A DNA stretch of 63,127 nt, filler included, from Phoronis australis (taxonomy: Eukaryota; Animalia; Phoronida), in assembly GCA_002633005.1 (NCBI GenBank). It is 9 parts of 9 records of this genome, joined end to end, with 100 filler letters (N's around TTAATTAATTAA, not from the genome) between each part and the next. Parts side by side here need not be neighbours in the genome. Positions count along the whole stretch, not along the records: positions 1 to 13,848 come from NMRA01001574.1; 8 more parts are not named here. One strand, written 5' to 3'. A model generated the notes under the pieces. That model was not told the DNA's origin and did no database searches. It was given only the letters and a program-made list of their open reading frames with translations. Positions 1 through 13,548 of this stretch are shown piece by piece (position 1 is the first letter of the stretch; the number at the start of each line of letters is the position of its first letter). Position numbers and translations under genes: made by a program.

Positions 1-489
1 AAGTAACACGAGATTCAGTTCAATGACATTTGTAATCGTTATGTGGGCAGTAATTATCCTAATGAACCAGAAAAAATATTCTAATTGGACAAAACTAATT
101 GTTGTGGTTGCTTCTGACAAAAGGTCAATGGTGTCACAAGAAACCTTAAGTGGGTAGTGATGTCATAGAAACCCTAAATGTGACAGAATTCCATACAAAC
201 TTCCTCAATCACCCTACTTTCCCAAGTACATCAACTGGATCTCATAAGAACTGAGTGGATGGTCTTCAGCAACAACAGGAAATTCTTTCATTATTCATTT
301 TTCCTCCACAACATACTGTGCAATTTAGAATATTTCAAGTTACAGCTGTGTTGAGAGCTGTCTAGGTAACATGGCTATTACCTTGGCACTCAGTTGGGAC
401 ATCCCATTCCGCGCAGGAGTGTTGAATGGCTTTACTTAACTTCGTATCTATGTGTCACAAAAAACAAAATGGTGAACTAGTGCACATGA

Positions 490-790
490 AGCATCCAACA
501 AAAACATTTGATTTCGACCACTTACTATTTTGAAATTGGTCTCAAATTGTTCCTTAATCAAGTTTGAGGCGATTTCAAGGCTTCAAAAAATCTTTCAGTT
601 TTTTATTGCTCAAGATTTAGGCTCTACAAGTTGGCTTGTCGAAGCGTGTCATTTTATGTGCCGAGCGTGCTCTGAAAAAGTAATGATCAGCCAGTTCTTT
701 GCACCTGACGGATTTTATAGTGGTGGGTGGTCTAAATCAACAGTTTGCTTTTTGGACGGAACGTGGGTTTATTGCCGCTTTAAAGAACTG
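490..790. mobile_element. Non-autonomous fold-back DNA transposon copy (family with ATTGGTCTCAAATTGTTC motif)
   Basis: 537-645 is the reverse complement of about 2140-2248 and is similar to 31317-31445. A partial motif also occurs at 8093 and near 37250-37290. Boundaries are approximate. Confidence 0.6.
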
Positions 791-1989
791 GTCAAATATG
801 AGTCACTACTTACATTTTGAGAGCCAACACCTAATGTAGGAATACAGGATTGTTGATGCCACACAAATTAGCATAGTTTGTATGGATGGGTCACTCGGCA
901 AAGCCATAGATTTAATCCACAGAAAAGATCGATGATTTGTGTTTTCATAATTGATTGACATAATCCATAATCCATTCAGTAGACTATCCACTAATGATTC
1001 CTTTCCCCATCACTAAACCACTGAACAGAGACAGTTAGATAACATACTAAATAATTCCTCCTACTAGAATCACACCCGAGGTGAAAACGCTAGCAGTTTT
1101 TCACGGGTGAAAACGTAGCGTTTAGCCAGAAAAATGCAAGGGTCAAATCTCTCAGCAGTCAATTCGTTTTCACATCAAACGAATCACTTTCAATGCGAAA
1201 ACTGAAGTCAAAGCATATTCCTTCTCTACAATAAATTGATTAAACACAATGATAAACAAATGCCTCTGTACATGCGTGTCTTTTGTAGTAGGAAATCTCT
1301 TCAGTTTCAAATTGCCAGTAGAAGTGACACATGCAACTGTGCACATGACTGACTCTTATACACTTCTACTGGCGAACATGCTGGCAAAAACATTAGCATT
1401 TTAGCCAGTTTGTGGATAGGGGAATAAGCATATTTAACAGTTTGGACAGAAACTTTGCAATTATAGATGTACAGTGCGTACTGTTTCTTAACAGTTGCAA
1501 TACCGGGCTGTGAAAACAGATACTGTAACGATACATTCAACATATATGCATGGCATGGCCGAGCTTTTTACTTCTTACAAAATGAAATGGCCAAAGCAAG
1601 TTTAGTCTCGTCTCTTTTACATCAGTAACAAATCACTTAACCTATCATTGCTACGAGTGGTCCCAATTTCTAAAAACATGGTCTTATGTTAGCTTGCTTC
1701 AGAAATTCAAAAAATGACAAAGCTTTTATAAGAAGCGACTTGCCTTTCATGAAAAAGAGAAAAATACGATTTCACTCGTCTACCCTGTTGTAACCCATTT
1801 TGGTGCGATTTTAATGTACTTACCATGAGAGCTCGGGTAATTTTGCAAATCTTTTCAGTTATTTAAAATCTCACCAATTTAGGACACAGCATGGCGAGCA
1901 ATTGACGACTAAAATACTAAGGAAATACAGTTTCAAACTACAAAAGTAGTAACTGAAGTAAAATTTCCCGCATTTTGTTAAAAATTGGA

Positions 1990-2300
1990 CAAGAACCAAG
2001 TTGCATTGGATTTCCATGTTACGTCCAAGAAGCAAACATTTGATTTCAACCACTTACCGCAACACAGTTGATGTCAACTTGTTTCTTACGTGGTTTTTGG
2101 GTTTGCAAAGAACAGACAGAGGGCTATTAGGTGACAACCTATGACAAGCCAACTTGTAGAGCTTAACTCTCAAGCAATAACAAAGTCACAGATCTTCCCA
2201 AGCCCTTGAATCACCTCAAATTTGACAAAGGAACAATTTGAGACCAATGACCTAGCAGAAAGTGGTCCAAATCACAATTTGGTTCATGTGATGGAAGACA
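1990..2300. mobile_element. Second copy of the same fold-back element family, opposite orientation
   Basis: GCCCTTGAATCACCTCAAATTTGACAAAGGAACAATTTGAGACCAAT is an inverted match to about 536-585. Confidence 0.6.
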
Positions 2301-3429
2301 GGCATTCCACTCTTACTCCTAAATTGAAGTGTGTTGTTAATTTGGCCAAAACAAACCCACCTAACGAGGTAATCCAGCCTCACCCAAATCACAATCGTAT
2401 GAGGTACCATTAAAGTAATCATTACCTTTTCAGTACCCTCTATATCGTGGGAACGTATAATTTAGTTTCGCTAATTTGTGTCAACAAAGGCGGATAGTCC
2501 ACCTTTAATATATTCATAGCATGGTCTGTGCTTTTTAGATGTTTCGATCATGCAGGAAGGCGTTGTGCAAAGTTTTAGCAACACACCAATACTGGAGATT
2601 GGGGAAAGATTCTGCACTTAAAAGGTGAACTCGGGCCAAATGGATATCTAAACAGTAAGGGCATACAGCGATTCAGGTAAATACCGTTAGTAGCTATTAA
2701 CCTTTGGGAGTTTTGAAAGATTTCTCAACATAACATTACCTAGGATACCACTCACACTAATTACAAAAATGAAACATAAAATATCAAGGCTTCAAGCAGC
2801 AGTAATGCAAAACAAGAACTATTTAGATGATTTCGGGACTGGGGCAGAAAGTACCCAGCAAAGGAAAAGCATACGTGCACATGTGCAGCATTAAACTCGA
2901 GGGGACAAGATAAGCACACCTGGCTGAGTGGATACGGAAGAATTACAGGTAATATTAAAGGTGACTGCAATAAATAGCACGAGGTGACAATGTCATTCAG
3001 GTGACCCGCTGTAGGAATCAATATTCAGTTGAACAAACTCTTGTTTGCTGAATGTGATCTGACATGAATGTATTAAATGGTTGGTAATATTATGGCATGA
3101 TAATGGAAAACTATGGTATGGCAATAAAAGAATACTTTTACAGTGAAAATTCTCCAGTTTGGCACAGTGAAAAATTAATTATTCCGCTCAAGGTCAGAAC
3201 TCGTACCAAATTTTAGAAATAAGAAATATTGGCGTCCCAAATTTAAGAATGATCAGGGACATAGGATTGTTTACTATGCTATACACTATGAGGGCACATG
3301 AAAAGGTTGTGTTGGCAGCTATTTTGACAATTTTAAATCTTCATTCAAACTCTGCTGATACAAAAATGCTATGTCCGAAATTTGAAAAATATCAATGTCA
3401 AAATCGACCGTGTCCCATCTTAGAATCAT

Positions 3430-3604
3430 GAAAACTCAATTTCTGCTTGAATTTCTCTGTCTCAAATTTCAGAGCATGGTTTCAAAACAATTCCTAAGAC
3501 CATAGTACTGAACATTTTTATGAATCCGATCGGCCATTTCTTATAAATGGTGTTCCAACATTAGCCAAATCTGGACGTGTTTCTACGGTCCTACATAACC
3601 TTTA
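3430..3604 (+). mobile_element. End of a TTAA-type non-autonomous DNA transposon, with a related copy at about 10500-10660
   Basis: The shared block TATGAAT(C/G)CGATCGGCC...TTAGCCAAAT...CCTA(C/A)ATAAC occurs in both places. This copy ends CCTTTAA. Confidence 0.55.
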
Positions 3605-4695
3605 AGTCATAAAAACTATGCTAAAAACTTTAAGTCATAAAAACACTGAACGAAAAGGTGATAAAAACCAAGATAAGTTTAGGACATGTACGTACTCGCT
3701 GTAGTCCGCAAGGCATGACCATTTGACGTTATAGGGTATATCAGAATCACCCGAAATTCTAAACACTGGGGTTCAGAGGGGCCCACCTTCTAAAAATCAC
3801 GGGATCCATTTCAATTTCTTTCTGGGGGCTTCACGAAAAAGTTCTGAAATAGTTTCACTATTGGTTCGCTGGTGTTGAGCTAGGTTGGTATTGCAATCTG
3901 AGGTATGAGGATAGAATCTATAATCAGTGATAGTGTGGGGTTGTTGAAGACGAAGTTCATGTTTGAATACAATACACAGATTATCTTGACCTGACATCAG
4001 ATTTGTGTAATCGTCTGAGTGACAACTTTATATCTTTTAATACGGAAGACAAGTTTTTCTTTTTGATGTCAATCAGCAATGTGAGAGATTTGCGATTGAT
4101 TGCTAGGACCTGCTTGTTGATTTTAGTGAAAAGTGAAAATAGTTTTTTAAATCGATGTAAGTGAATATGTAGTAATTCTAACAAATGCATTTTTAAGAAT
4201 GTTTGGTCTGCAACGTGTCTAGAAAGACAGTGTTTTTATCCCTACGGACATTATTGGGAAAAAACATAAATAAAGTTTATCATCATCATTATCATTAAAT
4301 CATTACAACGTAAAGTGTATAAACATGAGCATAAAGGGAATCTGAACAATTTTTTTAATGTAAAATACAGGAGGATAGCCTTGAAGTGAAGTTAATGGTA
4401 TTTAATTCTTTAGTTTATTGCTTACATCTTACAGGAACTGTGTCCAACAGAAGGTGGCGCATCAATACAAATAAAAAGCATCTACTTCAGTTCACAGTAA
4501 TTCTTCACTTCTTTTGCATGAAAATAATTACCAAAATTGTCATTTTTCCATTTTTCAAAAGCTGATTACTTTTCTACAAATAGTGGAAAGTTTACCAAAT
4601 GTTAGGTTATGACATCTTAATAGTACCATCAATGCTAGTATATATATGAATATGTCAATCTCAATATGGAGTAGAAAATATGTTACAAACATATA

Positions 4696-4829
4696 AGTCT
4701 TGCCAGCATGCCACCTGTTGGCCACATCACGTAACCTAATGAATATCAGCCTGAAAAGATTTCTGCCCCCGACCGGGACTCGAACCCATGTCACGCGATG
4801 TGGCCAACAGATGGCGTGCTGGCAAGACT
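4696..4829. mobile_element. Hairpin MITE (40-bp inverted arms) enclosing a tRNA/SINE B-box fragment
   Basis: 4696-4735 and 4790-4829 are inverted with 4 mismatches. The spacer on the minus strand reads GGGTTCGAGTCCCGGTCGGGGGCAG. Confidence 0.7.
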
Positions 4830-5544
4830 AAAATATTTGCAATAACTATGCTAGTAGTAGACTAAAATCTTCTCAATCTTTATTTTTGTGAAAAAATGAC
4901 AAAACAGTATTTCCCTTGTTGGCCATACTGTGCGCTAAATAAGCCTCAAATCATGGAAGAATGCTGGGCAACCACTAGAATACACGCTGTCAGTTACCAT
5001 GAAGTGAACAACAGATTTTATAAAAAATGCCAAAGACCTCAAAAATCAGGTATTTTGTCATTAAACCAATGAGGCATGCTATGGGGCATTGCAATCTGTC
5101 AAAGCCATTAGACAGTCTGGTGAAGAATTATGCTAGTCATGTGGTAGGGTTAAATGTTCTAAATGTCACCGGGAATGAACACCAGAGACTGGTGACATTT
5201 CAGTGTCTACAAATTGATAATGTTACATGCCTGTAATTGGGGTTGATGAGAATATGAGACATGAAGGACAGAAAGTGACGGGCAAACCTTAGTGACTAGG
5301 CACTGAGGGATTATACTGGTTTACGAAATGCAGTTTTTACCAGTTACAAAACACTATTTTGAAAAATTGGATCTGAAAAAGCAAAATTTCAATGAACAGA
5401 TGAATAGACTGCATATGATTCTTTTGATAAACAACAGTTAAGTAGTCTACATATATAATTCATTTTTGCTCTGACTAAGCATACCCTGAATTTTAGATGT
5501 TTTACACAAGCTCAACCTTGAAAACATGAAGACAAATTACTTAC

Positions 5545-5646
5545 CATGAGAACCATTCCAAAGGAGTTTCCTCTTCTAGTTCTTGTGTCTGACAACAGGT
5601 TGTACTGGTGCACATATGTGCAAGTTGACAAAGGTGGTAGTGCCAT
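5545..5646 (-). CDS. Candidate alternative first coding exon of the MAST gene (MALPPLSTCTYVHQYNLLSDTRTRRGNSFGMVLM)
   Basis: An ATG-initiated 34-codon frame ends at a strong ATG|GTAAGT donor in phase 0, the same phase as the MAST exon at 6394. There is also an AG acceptor at 5655. No homology was recognised. Confidence 0.25.
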
Positions 5647-6124
5647 CTATTGGTCTGAAACAACTTCCCTCTAAGGGCCTGATACAAACTTGAAAGGATT
5701 CTATTACTTGTCAATAGGTGTCAGAGTTGTTTTCTAGCTACACAATTGACACTGAGTATGATGTAGGAGTGATAGCAGTTCTACAAGACAAACTTAACAG
5801 AAAAAAAGGTAATAAATAAAACGGAATGTCCTTTATACCAGTTTTCGAATAAATGCCTGTCAAACTAATATTCTTAGTTTCTGTACCGCTGCATGTTCTA
5901 AATTGAAAATCTATTATGCCATAGCATCAATCCTAACACAAGCACACACAAAGTCGCATTGTCTGATTTTGGTGATTCAGAATATAAAAGTAATTCACCA
6001 ATTAACCCTCACTCCAAACAANTGAACTATGGTAAAATAGTAGACAAAAAGAAATGACAAATTGTTTTTTACTTTTTCAAAGCATTCTAACATTGTTGTG
6101 AATGGCTACGGTTTCCCAGAATTT

Positions 6125-6262
6125 TGATGGTACCTATGGTATACAACACTGTCTGATGGTACCTATGGTATGGAACACTGTCCGATGGTACCTATGGTAG
6201 GCAACACTGTCCGATGGTACCTATGGTAGGCAACGTTGTCTGATGGTACCTATGGTATGCAA
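6125..6262. repeat. 29-bp minisatellite, about 4.7 copies (TGATGGTACCTATGGTA..CAACACTGTC)
   Basis: Units start at 6125, 6154, 6183, 6212 and 6241. Confidence 0.95.
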
Positions 6263-6393
6263 TTTTGAAACAATAAAGCATTTACTTGGCACTACTAATC
6301 TTTTATGAAAAAATGAAATAAATATTCCCTTGTCTGCCATATTGTGTTCTCAACTGGAGAGATTTTGCTCCAAGTGGTTATTGTACAACTTAC

Positions 6394-6482
6394 CCCAACA
6401 GAGGACAGATTTGGGGCTGAGTGACCCAGCTGAGCATTTCGCACCTTCAACAGGTTGGACGTCTCAGTGGTGGGGCCAAGAG
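6394..6482 (-). CDS. MAST: Internal exon of a microtubule-associated Ser/Thr kinase (MAST family), N-terminal region before DUF1908
   Basis: Splice sites ctttcag| ... |gtaagt, phase 1 to 0. It encodes LGPTTETSNLLKVRNAQLGHSAPNLSSVG, which resembles the vertebrate MAST2/4 motif TSNLVRMRxQxLGQSAPSL. It is too short to appear in the ORF track. Confidence 0.8.
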
Positions 6483-9400
6483 CTGAAAGTATGAGTTAGA
6501 CTTTCAATAACAAGACAACTTCACCAGCAACAGGCTTAGCGAGTCCATAGCAACAAGATTACTCTGCAAGTCAAATATTAGAAACTTGGTCCGAAAAGAC
6601 TGCAGGCCGTACGTGTGTACATTGTCAATAGATTTGTAAACAGATTGCAGTAGAAAGAATCATTCAAAATCAAGAAAACTGATCTAGCTTCTTTGGTGTG
6701 CAGGGCAATTACCTCATTAGCGATGACTTCAGGGCAATAAAAATATTGGCTGAAATAAATTTAACTATCGTAGACTAAAAATGGCGATTTTTCGATCTGT
6801 CTGACTTCTGGAATTGAATTCCATGTGATAAATGCTGTTGAAATTGTTTTTTCCGAAGAAATACAAAAAACATTAGCCTTAAGCACTGTCATCATTTCTG
6901 TTTTGTTGGCCAAGCGACATCATGGTAATTGGTTTATTAGCTATAGCATAAGATCGAGAGAACGCTTCACAATAAACTAAGTACTTATCTGATCTTGGTC
7001 CCCTCCTGTACAAGGAATATTTGTAATGAGCAGTGATTACAGGTAATATCAATTTCACCAAAATACACCAGTTCTTAATTTCTCGACAAAAAATATGGAA
7101 TGGCTCTACTGAGAACGAACAAGATAAATGGATAGAAAAGACTTTTAAATATATTTCAATCTTGCAAATGAAATGGGTCCGTTTAGATGGAAAACAGTGC
7201 TTGCAATATTACACTAATTGCACTGTGCTTTTTGCATTCGATTTCAAAGACTTAAGAATTTTCTTCTTGTTGAAAATCGGCAAAATTTCGAAGCAAAACT
7301 TTACCGCTAACGGAATTTCAAACGGCAGACGAGTTTTAATAAATCTCGTCAGCTCCATGTGCATACTATTCAGGTTCAACAGAAAATGATTAATAATTCA
7401 CGCTGTGAATTAGACATCTAATTTGCTCGTCAATTTTGTGCAACATGACAAGTGCACATGTCAACAATGGTGTCGATGGTACAATCCATTGTTTAACGAC
7501 TCACTATTACGCTACTATTAGCTATCCATGTGTATCCAATGTCGACTGAAATAACCCTAAAGTCTATTTGTATCACCTCACACCACATACTCAAATTTGG
7601 TATCGCTAATCCCAAGCTCCAAGGCTAATAAAACAAAAAACCACTAAGATACGTACAAGGCTGAGCATAAAATGTGAATCACAGATTCAAGTAACATTAA
7701 AGTTGTATTTGTATTCTCCTATCCTAATGTAGAGCAGGAACTAAACGACAGTGCTATTTGAACGTCATGTACTCTAAGCAAAGAGCAGTTGTATTCAATG
7801 ACATCTCGCGGGCTGACATCACCCGCATCATGCAGGGAGTGTTATTCCCCAACACCGGTTCATATCAATGATATGCAGCGGATCATTTCTGCCACAAAAC
7901 TCACTCTTAAAAACATTTGGCAATTTTCAGCCACTGTCATCCCCATGCCGTCGCTATATGAGGTATAACTAGCTAATTTGGCTAAGCAATCACAGAGATA
8001 TGGAATAAGCCTTCAAGTTCCACTTTAAAATCAAAATCACAGTGGCTTTAAATCCCAAACATTTTTGATTTAGATCAAGTAGCGTTATGAGATTGGTCTC
8101 AAATTGTCGGGCTACTATGAAGGAACTCTGACAGGTCATTATTGCTTAGGAGCCAGGCTTCACCACTTGACTAGTCACTTTATTCCCCAACCCAGTAATG
8201 GCAAACTGTCAATTCTTTGCAAGACCAAGTATTATTTTTCATCAGTGCATGTTGAGAAAAATTTCATAGCCGTAAAGTGCATAGTCTAAATGAAAAGTTA
8301 GTTTCTTTGACAGAATACGGGTCAGAACTACAGCATAATTGTAATGGTTATCACAGCTAAAATGGGACAAATACCCAAGGATAGCCAATACAACTAAAAC
8401 GACCTGCAAAAATCAGCTGGAGCCACAGACATTGCTAGGGGATGACGCGGCATAACAAAGACAAAAAACCTTCCCCTATGGAAACAATTCAATTTATAAA
8501 GTTTTGCACACCTTATGTAGGGCCCATTGAGGTTGCCACTCATTTCAGTTCCACTCCCATCGCCAACAATTAGGCGTTTAGTCCCCCCCCCCTTTGAACA
8601 CTTTTGGCTACACCAGTGCGTGGAGCCATCAATCTAAAACTTAGGTGACATATTTGCCTTTACTGAAATTAATATTACAAGAAAACTGGGAGGCTTCAGT
8701 CCACAAGTAAAGAAACAATTTATTTTTTAATGAATTGATCGCACAAAGTAACGGAGATAAATCCATACACAAATGACCACGTAATTATGTCAATTGCTTC
8801 TATGGTGATTAATGTCTGAGAAATACGCTGCAATAATGGATTCTGACATGATCATAAGGAAGACATATCACTCTCTTACCGAGAAAACGCAGTAGTGACC
8901 ATCTAAGATTACATAGAGTACCGTAATTTCTATTCCCACTGTTTGAACAGGCTTAAAGAAGCCAGAAAGTTTGTAACGGAAATTGGACAGTGACGCCAAC
9001 TTCATCTGAGTGCACTTCAAGCAAGCAGTCAAAACAAAGAGTATAAAAATTAAGTATTACACAGTCTTTAATTTTTCTCCATACTTTCATCTTTGGTCAT
9101 ATCGTTCATTTTATAGTCTTTTCAAATGATCTTGTATACATTAGCGCTAATGGTTAAAAGCAACAACTGAAAACGAGCTGGACTGAGGTCATTTATTGTC
9201 CAGCTCGTTTTTCATTGGTTTAAAATAAGCAATATGTTAACGCCAACGATGTCATACCAAGTGTTCTTAGATCTAATGCAGGTTATGAATTCACAAGTCA
9301 TCACTAAACAAGAGACCAGTGTATTGGCAAAACGACTCACCACTTAACTACACGGATCTCTAACACCAAGTCACTGACATGAATTCCCACATATATCGTC

Positions 9401-9667
9401 ATATTCAGGACAACGTTGCCTGAAGATTAGCATCGGGGAGCACTGCTTTGACATTACCGACAGCCACTCTAATGGCTATCATCTTTAAGCGATGTGAAGC
9501 AATTCAGATTACTCGCAGACGACTATCATTAAGGGTGCAGATGAAACACAAATCCTTGTCACTTGTGTTTTGATTCGTTGTTGCTTCCAATTCCCTATTT
9601 TGTATTGAACAGGTCTAAGAGGTTACTGTGCCATTTGTGCTTTTGTTGTAACTCTCCCGGGTGAGAA

Positions 9668-9711
9668 TTTTACACGTTTGACACGCTTTTGAGCGTGTCA
9701 AACGTGTAAAA
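9668..9711. repeat. Perfect 20-bp-arm palindrome within an ACGTGT-rich MITE-like element (about 9650-9785)
   Basis: TTTTACACGTTTGACACGCT-tttg-AGCGTGTCAAACGTGTAAAA. Confidence 0.85.
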
Positions 9712-9811
9712 AAAACGTGTAATACGTGTCAAACTGCCACGCTAACGTGTAAAAAAACGTGTGGCTGTACTGATTTTCCCTGTATACAGCTCTGGGCTGG
9801 TTATTTGAGAA

Positions 9812-9859
9812 TAACCATCTGAAGACGTGGGACAGTTCCCACGAAACCCGTCACGGTTA
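9812..9859 (+). ncRNA. Minimal type I hammerhead ribozyme motif (Penelope-like-element type)
   Basis: Stem I TAACCAT/ACGGTTA (6 of 7 pairs), core CTGAAGA(C), stem II GTGGGA-cagt-TCCCAC, GAAA, near-palindromic minimal stem III ACCCGT and cleavage triplet GTC. Confidence 0.75.
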
Positions 9860-11129
9860 AAAACTGTTCACTTCACGTGTTTGTATTGAAGCACTATTTA
9901 TTTACGGAATCGTAGGTTGGGGCATCCAAAATAGGCTTCCCCAAATTCTCGGAACATCCATGACCAGTGACGGCTGAACTGCTCAACTGCGTTTATATGA
10001 ATAAAAGTTAAATTGGCCCATCTCGAATTATACAACGACACTCGAATCTCGCTGTATTTACCCGTAATGCTTCAATATTCGTCAGGCACTTATGTTGTAG
10101 CCTGACATTTTCGTGTCATTGGAGATCCACATGTTCTTTGCTGTTGTCGTAATCTTTACAAGTTTTTTTCAGCTGTATTACTCTATTCGTTCTGCCCATG
10201 CCATCGAAGTACTACTGCTTGCTATGGGCAACAACCCCGACGGGAAAAAGTTGGATAAACTTGACAATTATCCATGGATGTCAAGTTCGTTGCCTCCTTG
10301 ACGTCAATCAAAAACAAGAAAATGCGAAGCAAATGGATCAAGTTTGTAGATTAATCTTGAAACAAACAGAATTCCCTTTTTTTAAGATATTTACTTACTT
10401 TACAATACATTTAATTGGTTGAAATCCAGAATATCTCCATGGCCATAGACCTTGATGTTTTCACTTTATGCATAAGCCCTATTTATATAGCTCCTCTTAT
10501 GCAAAAATGGAACATTTTAAAAACAATTCTGTAAAGCATTTTGGAAAAGTGTTTAAAGTGCAGTATCTGAGAGTTTTGTATGAATGCGATCGGCCGTTTC
10601 TGAGATACGATGTTCCGAGTTAGCCAAATTTGGAATTTTTCTAGGGCCCTAAATAACTTTACCATTTTCATACTTTAGACAGGCTAATACGTTCCTGGAA
10701 CTGCTGTTATGTTAACACAGGCATCAGTGATAACTTGCTTACTTTGTTTGAGCGTCCAAATGATGAACAGGGCATCCAAATGAGAAGGTCTACATTTGAG
10801 TCAAGGTGTCCATTTGATGCCCATTGGACCAGCTAGAGGGCGTCCAGTCTGCACCGCAGACATGAACATGTACACGCACACACACACACACGGTAATAGA
10901 AGATAATTAAAATATAGTGATCAAGCAGGCAAAACATGATACATTTATTTTGCCGAGGACTCTAATTGAAAACACGCCATTAGCTAATCCAGTTTCAAGT
11001 TTATGCTAAACACATCAGACAAAAGAACCACTGAAATCATATTGGTCCCTCATTGCAACCTCAACATAAAATGAAAATTGACAGCTACGTTATTAATCAT
11101 CAAAGACTCTATAACTATCTCTGCCTGAA

Positions 11130-11560
11130 ATAGGAGAGGTGGTGTTTCATCATACACCCAGACGGAAGCTCGCCACGCAAGTCCATCGCCACACTGGCCT
11201 TCACTCCATCAACTACAGAGCTGAAGAGAACGCCTTATACCTTGTAGCCATGACAATGCGCCAGGAACATTACAGGCTGCCAGATCAGGTAGTCTTCCTC
11301 ACAGACTGCCAAACTCTCCTACAGAGCCTTCAGATGAGAGAAAGAGACCAGATCCTGTAAGATATCAAACAAGCAGCAATGGATTCCCTCCAACTTTAGT
11401 ATCCACGGCAACACGGAAGCAGACCGACTCTCCAAGGCAGGAAGTAAACTGGAACAGGTGGCCCACCCAGCATCCTACGGAGATGCAAAGACCTTACTAC
11501 AAAGCCACTTCAGAAATGCCTCAGGCGGACCGCCAGTGTCTGCGGGCTGAAGAAGACTAC
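11130..11560 (+). mobile_element. Decayed RNase H domain of an I-group non-LTR retrotransposon
   Basis: Frames give GGGVFIIHPDG, NYRAEENAL, VVFLTDCQTLLQSL, QWIP and GNTEADRLSKAGS. Confidence 0.75.
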
Positions 11561-12215
11561 AGCTACCAAGATTTGAGACCAGCAACAAGTCACCAACTTT
11601 GGCCATTTTTAAGGGTCCTACAAAACGTCAAGAATCCTTTTATGAAACAGACTACTGTATTCAGAGGATTCAGAGCTCAATGAAGCCAAACATCGCATTT
11701 CACCATAGTATCATGAATGTCAAAGCTATCATGGTATTCCTGACATTAAAGCAGCCAGTCTCTGGCTAAAATATTTCAGTTCTCACCATTTTAAATTCTG
11801 TTGAGTTCCAACTGACCTAGTTGAAAGATGCCTGTCTTCCTGTTTAGCTGACAAAATTTGGCCTTTTACTCTCATGACACTAGTCTTGTTAATTCCTTAC
11901 CATGACAGGATTCTATTTCCTTTTTACCAACACGAACATCAACATGTCAGCGCTACAATTGCCTGTTCGGAAATGGCACATCGCCTGTCATTTAGGTTGG
12001 TAGTGAAAATGCAAGGAATATTACGAGAGATATTTTACGAGAGCAAAAGGTCAAATCTAATTTTCATTATTAGCCAAATAAACAGAGCGAAAAACCACTT
12101 TAAAAGTTTAAGCCATGTTTAGCAACACTCACCACTCCCATTACCATCTGTGAAGAACAATGAGAAACTAATTAGAAAGTAATGAGAAAGTAATAAGGAA
12201 TAGAGCAGTAATTAC

Positions 12216-12669
12216 CACAACACAGGTCATTCACTTCACTATCATATTCATCCATTTCACCTCCAGCACAGGGACTATGACAATGATGCGTGTCATAAAA
12301 CAAATCACCATCATCTTCATCATTATCGTCATCACCATTGTTGTTAACGTCGCCATCATTTGAGTCTTCCGTGTCCGATCCAGAATCGATAAATACTTGG
12401 ATATCCGAGTTTACTCGCTTATGCCCAGTCTCCGGCTTCATGTTGTTGAGTTTTTCGTGTGCTGTACTCCATGATGGCCCACAATGATCATAGGGAACGC
12501 CACTCAATATGGAATCGCGCATGCGTTCAGAATCACTTTCCGACAAACTTCTCGCACTCGTTTTTGCATCAAACTTTGTTGGGAATTGGAAGCAATTTCC
12601 AGTCGATGTATTCCAGAACACGCACGAGTTCATCTCCGAGTTTGACATGTTCACCAATAGACTGCACAT
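12216..12669 (-). CDS. Candidate first coding exon of the MAST gene (acidic, low-complexity N-terminus)
   Basis: About 150 codons are open in AT-rich DNA, with ATG at 12669 or 12648. The TGT G|GTAATT donor in phase 1 joins in frame to the phase-1 exon at 6482 (..DLCC-A-LGPTTETSNLL). Confidence 0.45.
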
Positions 12670-13548
12670 CCACAAATGGATTAGATCATTTACAAATGCA
12701 TCATTTTAATGGTAATCGGAGATGCTGTCTAGAGAACAAAGCAAAGCAATTACTGTTGTCAAGAAATAATATGCTCCGTCTCTGTGGCAGCAACATATCA
12801 AATAATTTGCCACAGGCATAGAAGTGATCCAGAAATTAAACATCATACGGTGCTGCTTGAGATCTACATTCCTTCCAGCAAGGATAGATTTTACAAAACC
12901 AAATACAAGTGATTAGCTGAGTTCAGGAAGACTCAAGGCAGGGCAGCAGGCAGTAGGTCTGTTGACTTCCCATAATTAAAGGAATCCCTTATAAATAGCC
13001 TACAGGGTGCATTGACAGTGGCGTTATATGACATAGCTGATGTCTTGCACACTGATTGGTCAGTCAGTAACATGTGGCTTTGGACTGAATTGTAAGACAT
13101 TGAAATACATAACCAGAACTCTGTTCTATAGTAACACCAAAAACCTTTAAGATTGTCAAATAAAAATAAATGATTGTGCTTCAATTCAAAACAACACACC
13201 ACGAACCACAAGACTAAATGTGGACTAGGGTACTTTAAGTAGCTCTAAAAACACAATTGACAATAACAGTTGCGATAGATTCAGAGTGGATTAAGCCATA
13301 AAATGAAACTTCATAACATAAAAGTTGCAACCACACACTGGACTGTAGTAAAAAAATAGTTGATACATAAGATATGTGAGGAATGCCTATTGGTTCAACT
13401 TCAGTAAGCAGACCATCTAAGTCAGGTTCTAAATGTCAGGTAAGTCTACACGCAGCTTGTACTGATGATGCATACTACAAGCAAAATGGGGATTATCTCA
13501 AGAGGTCACTCACGAGGACATATATAGACAGGTGACAGTGCAATGAAG

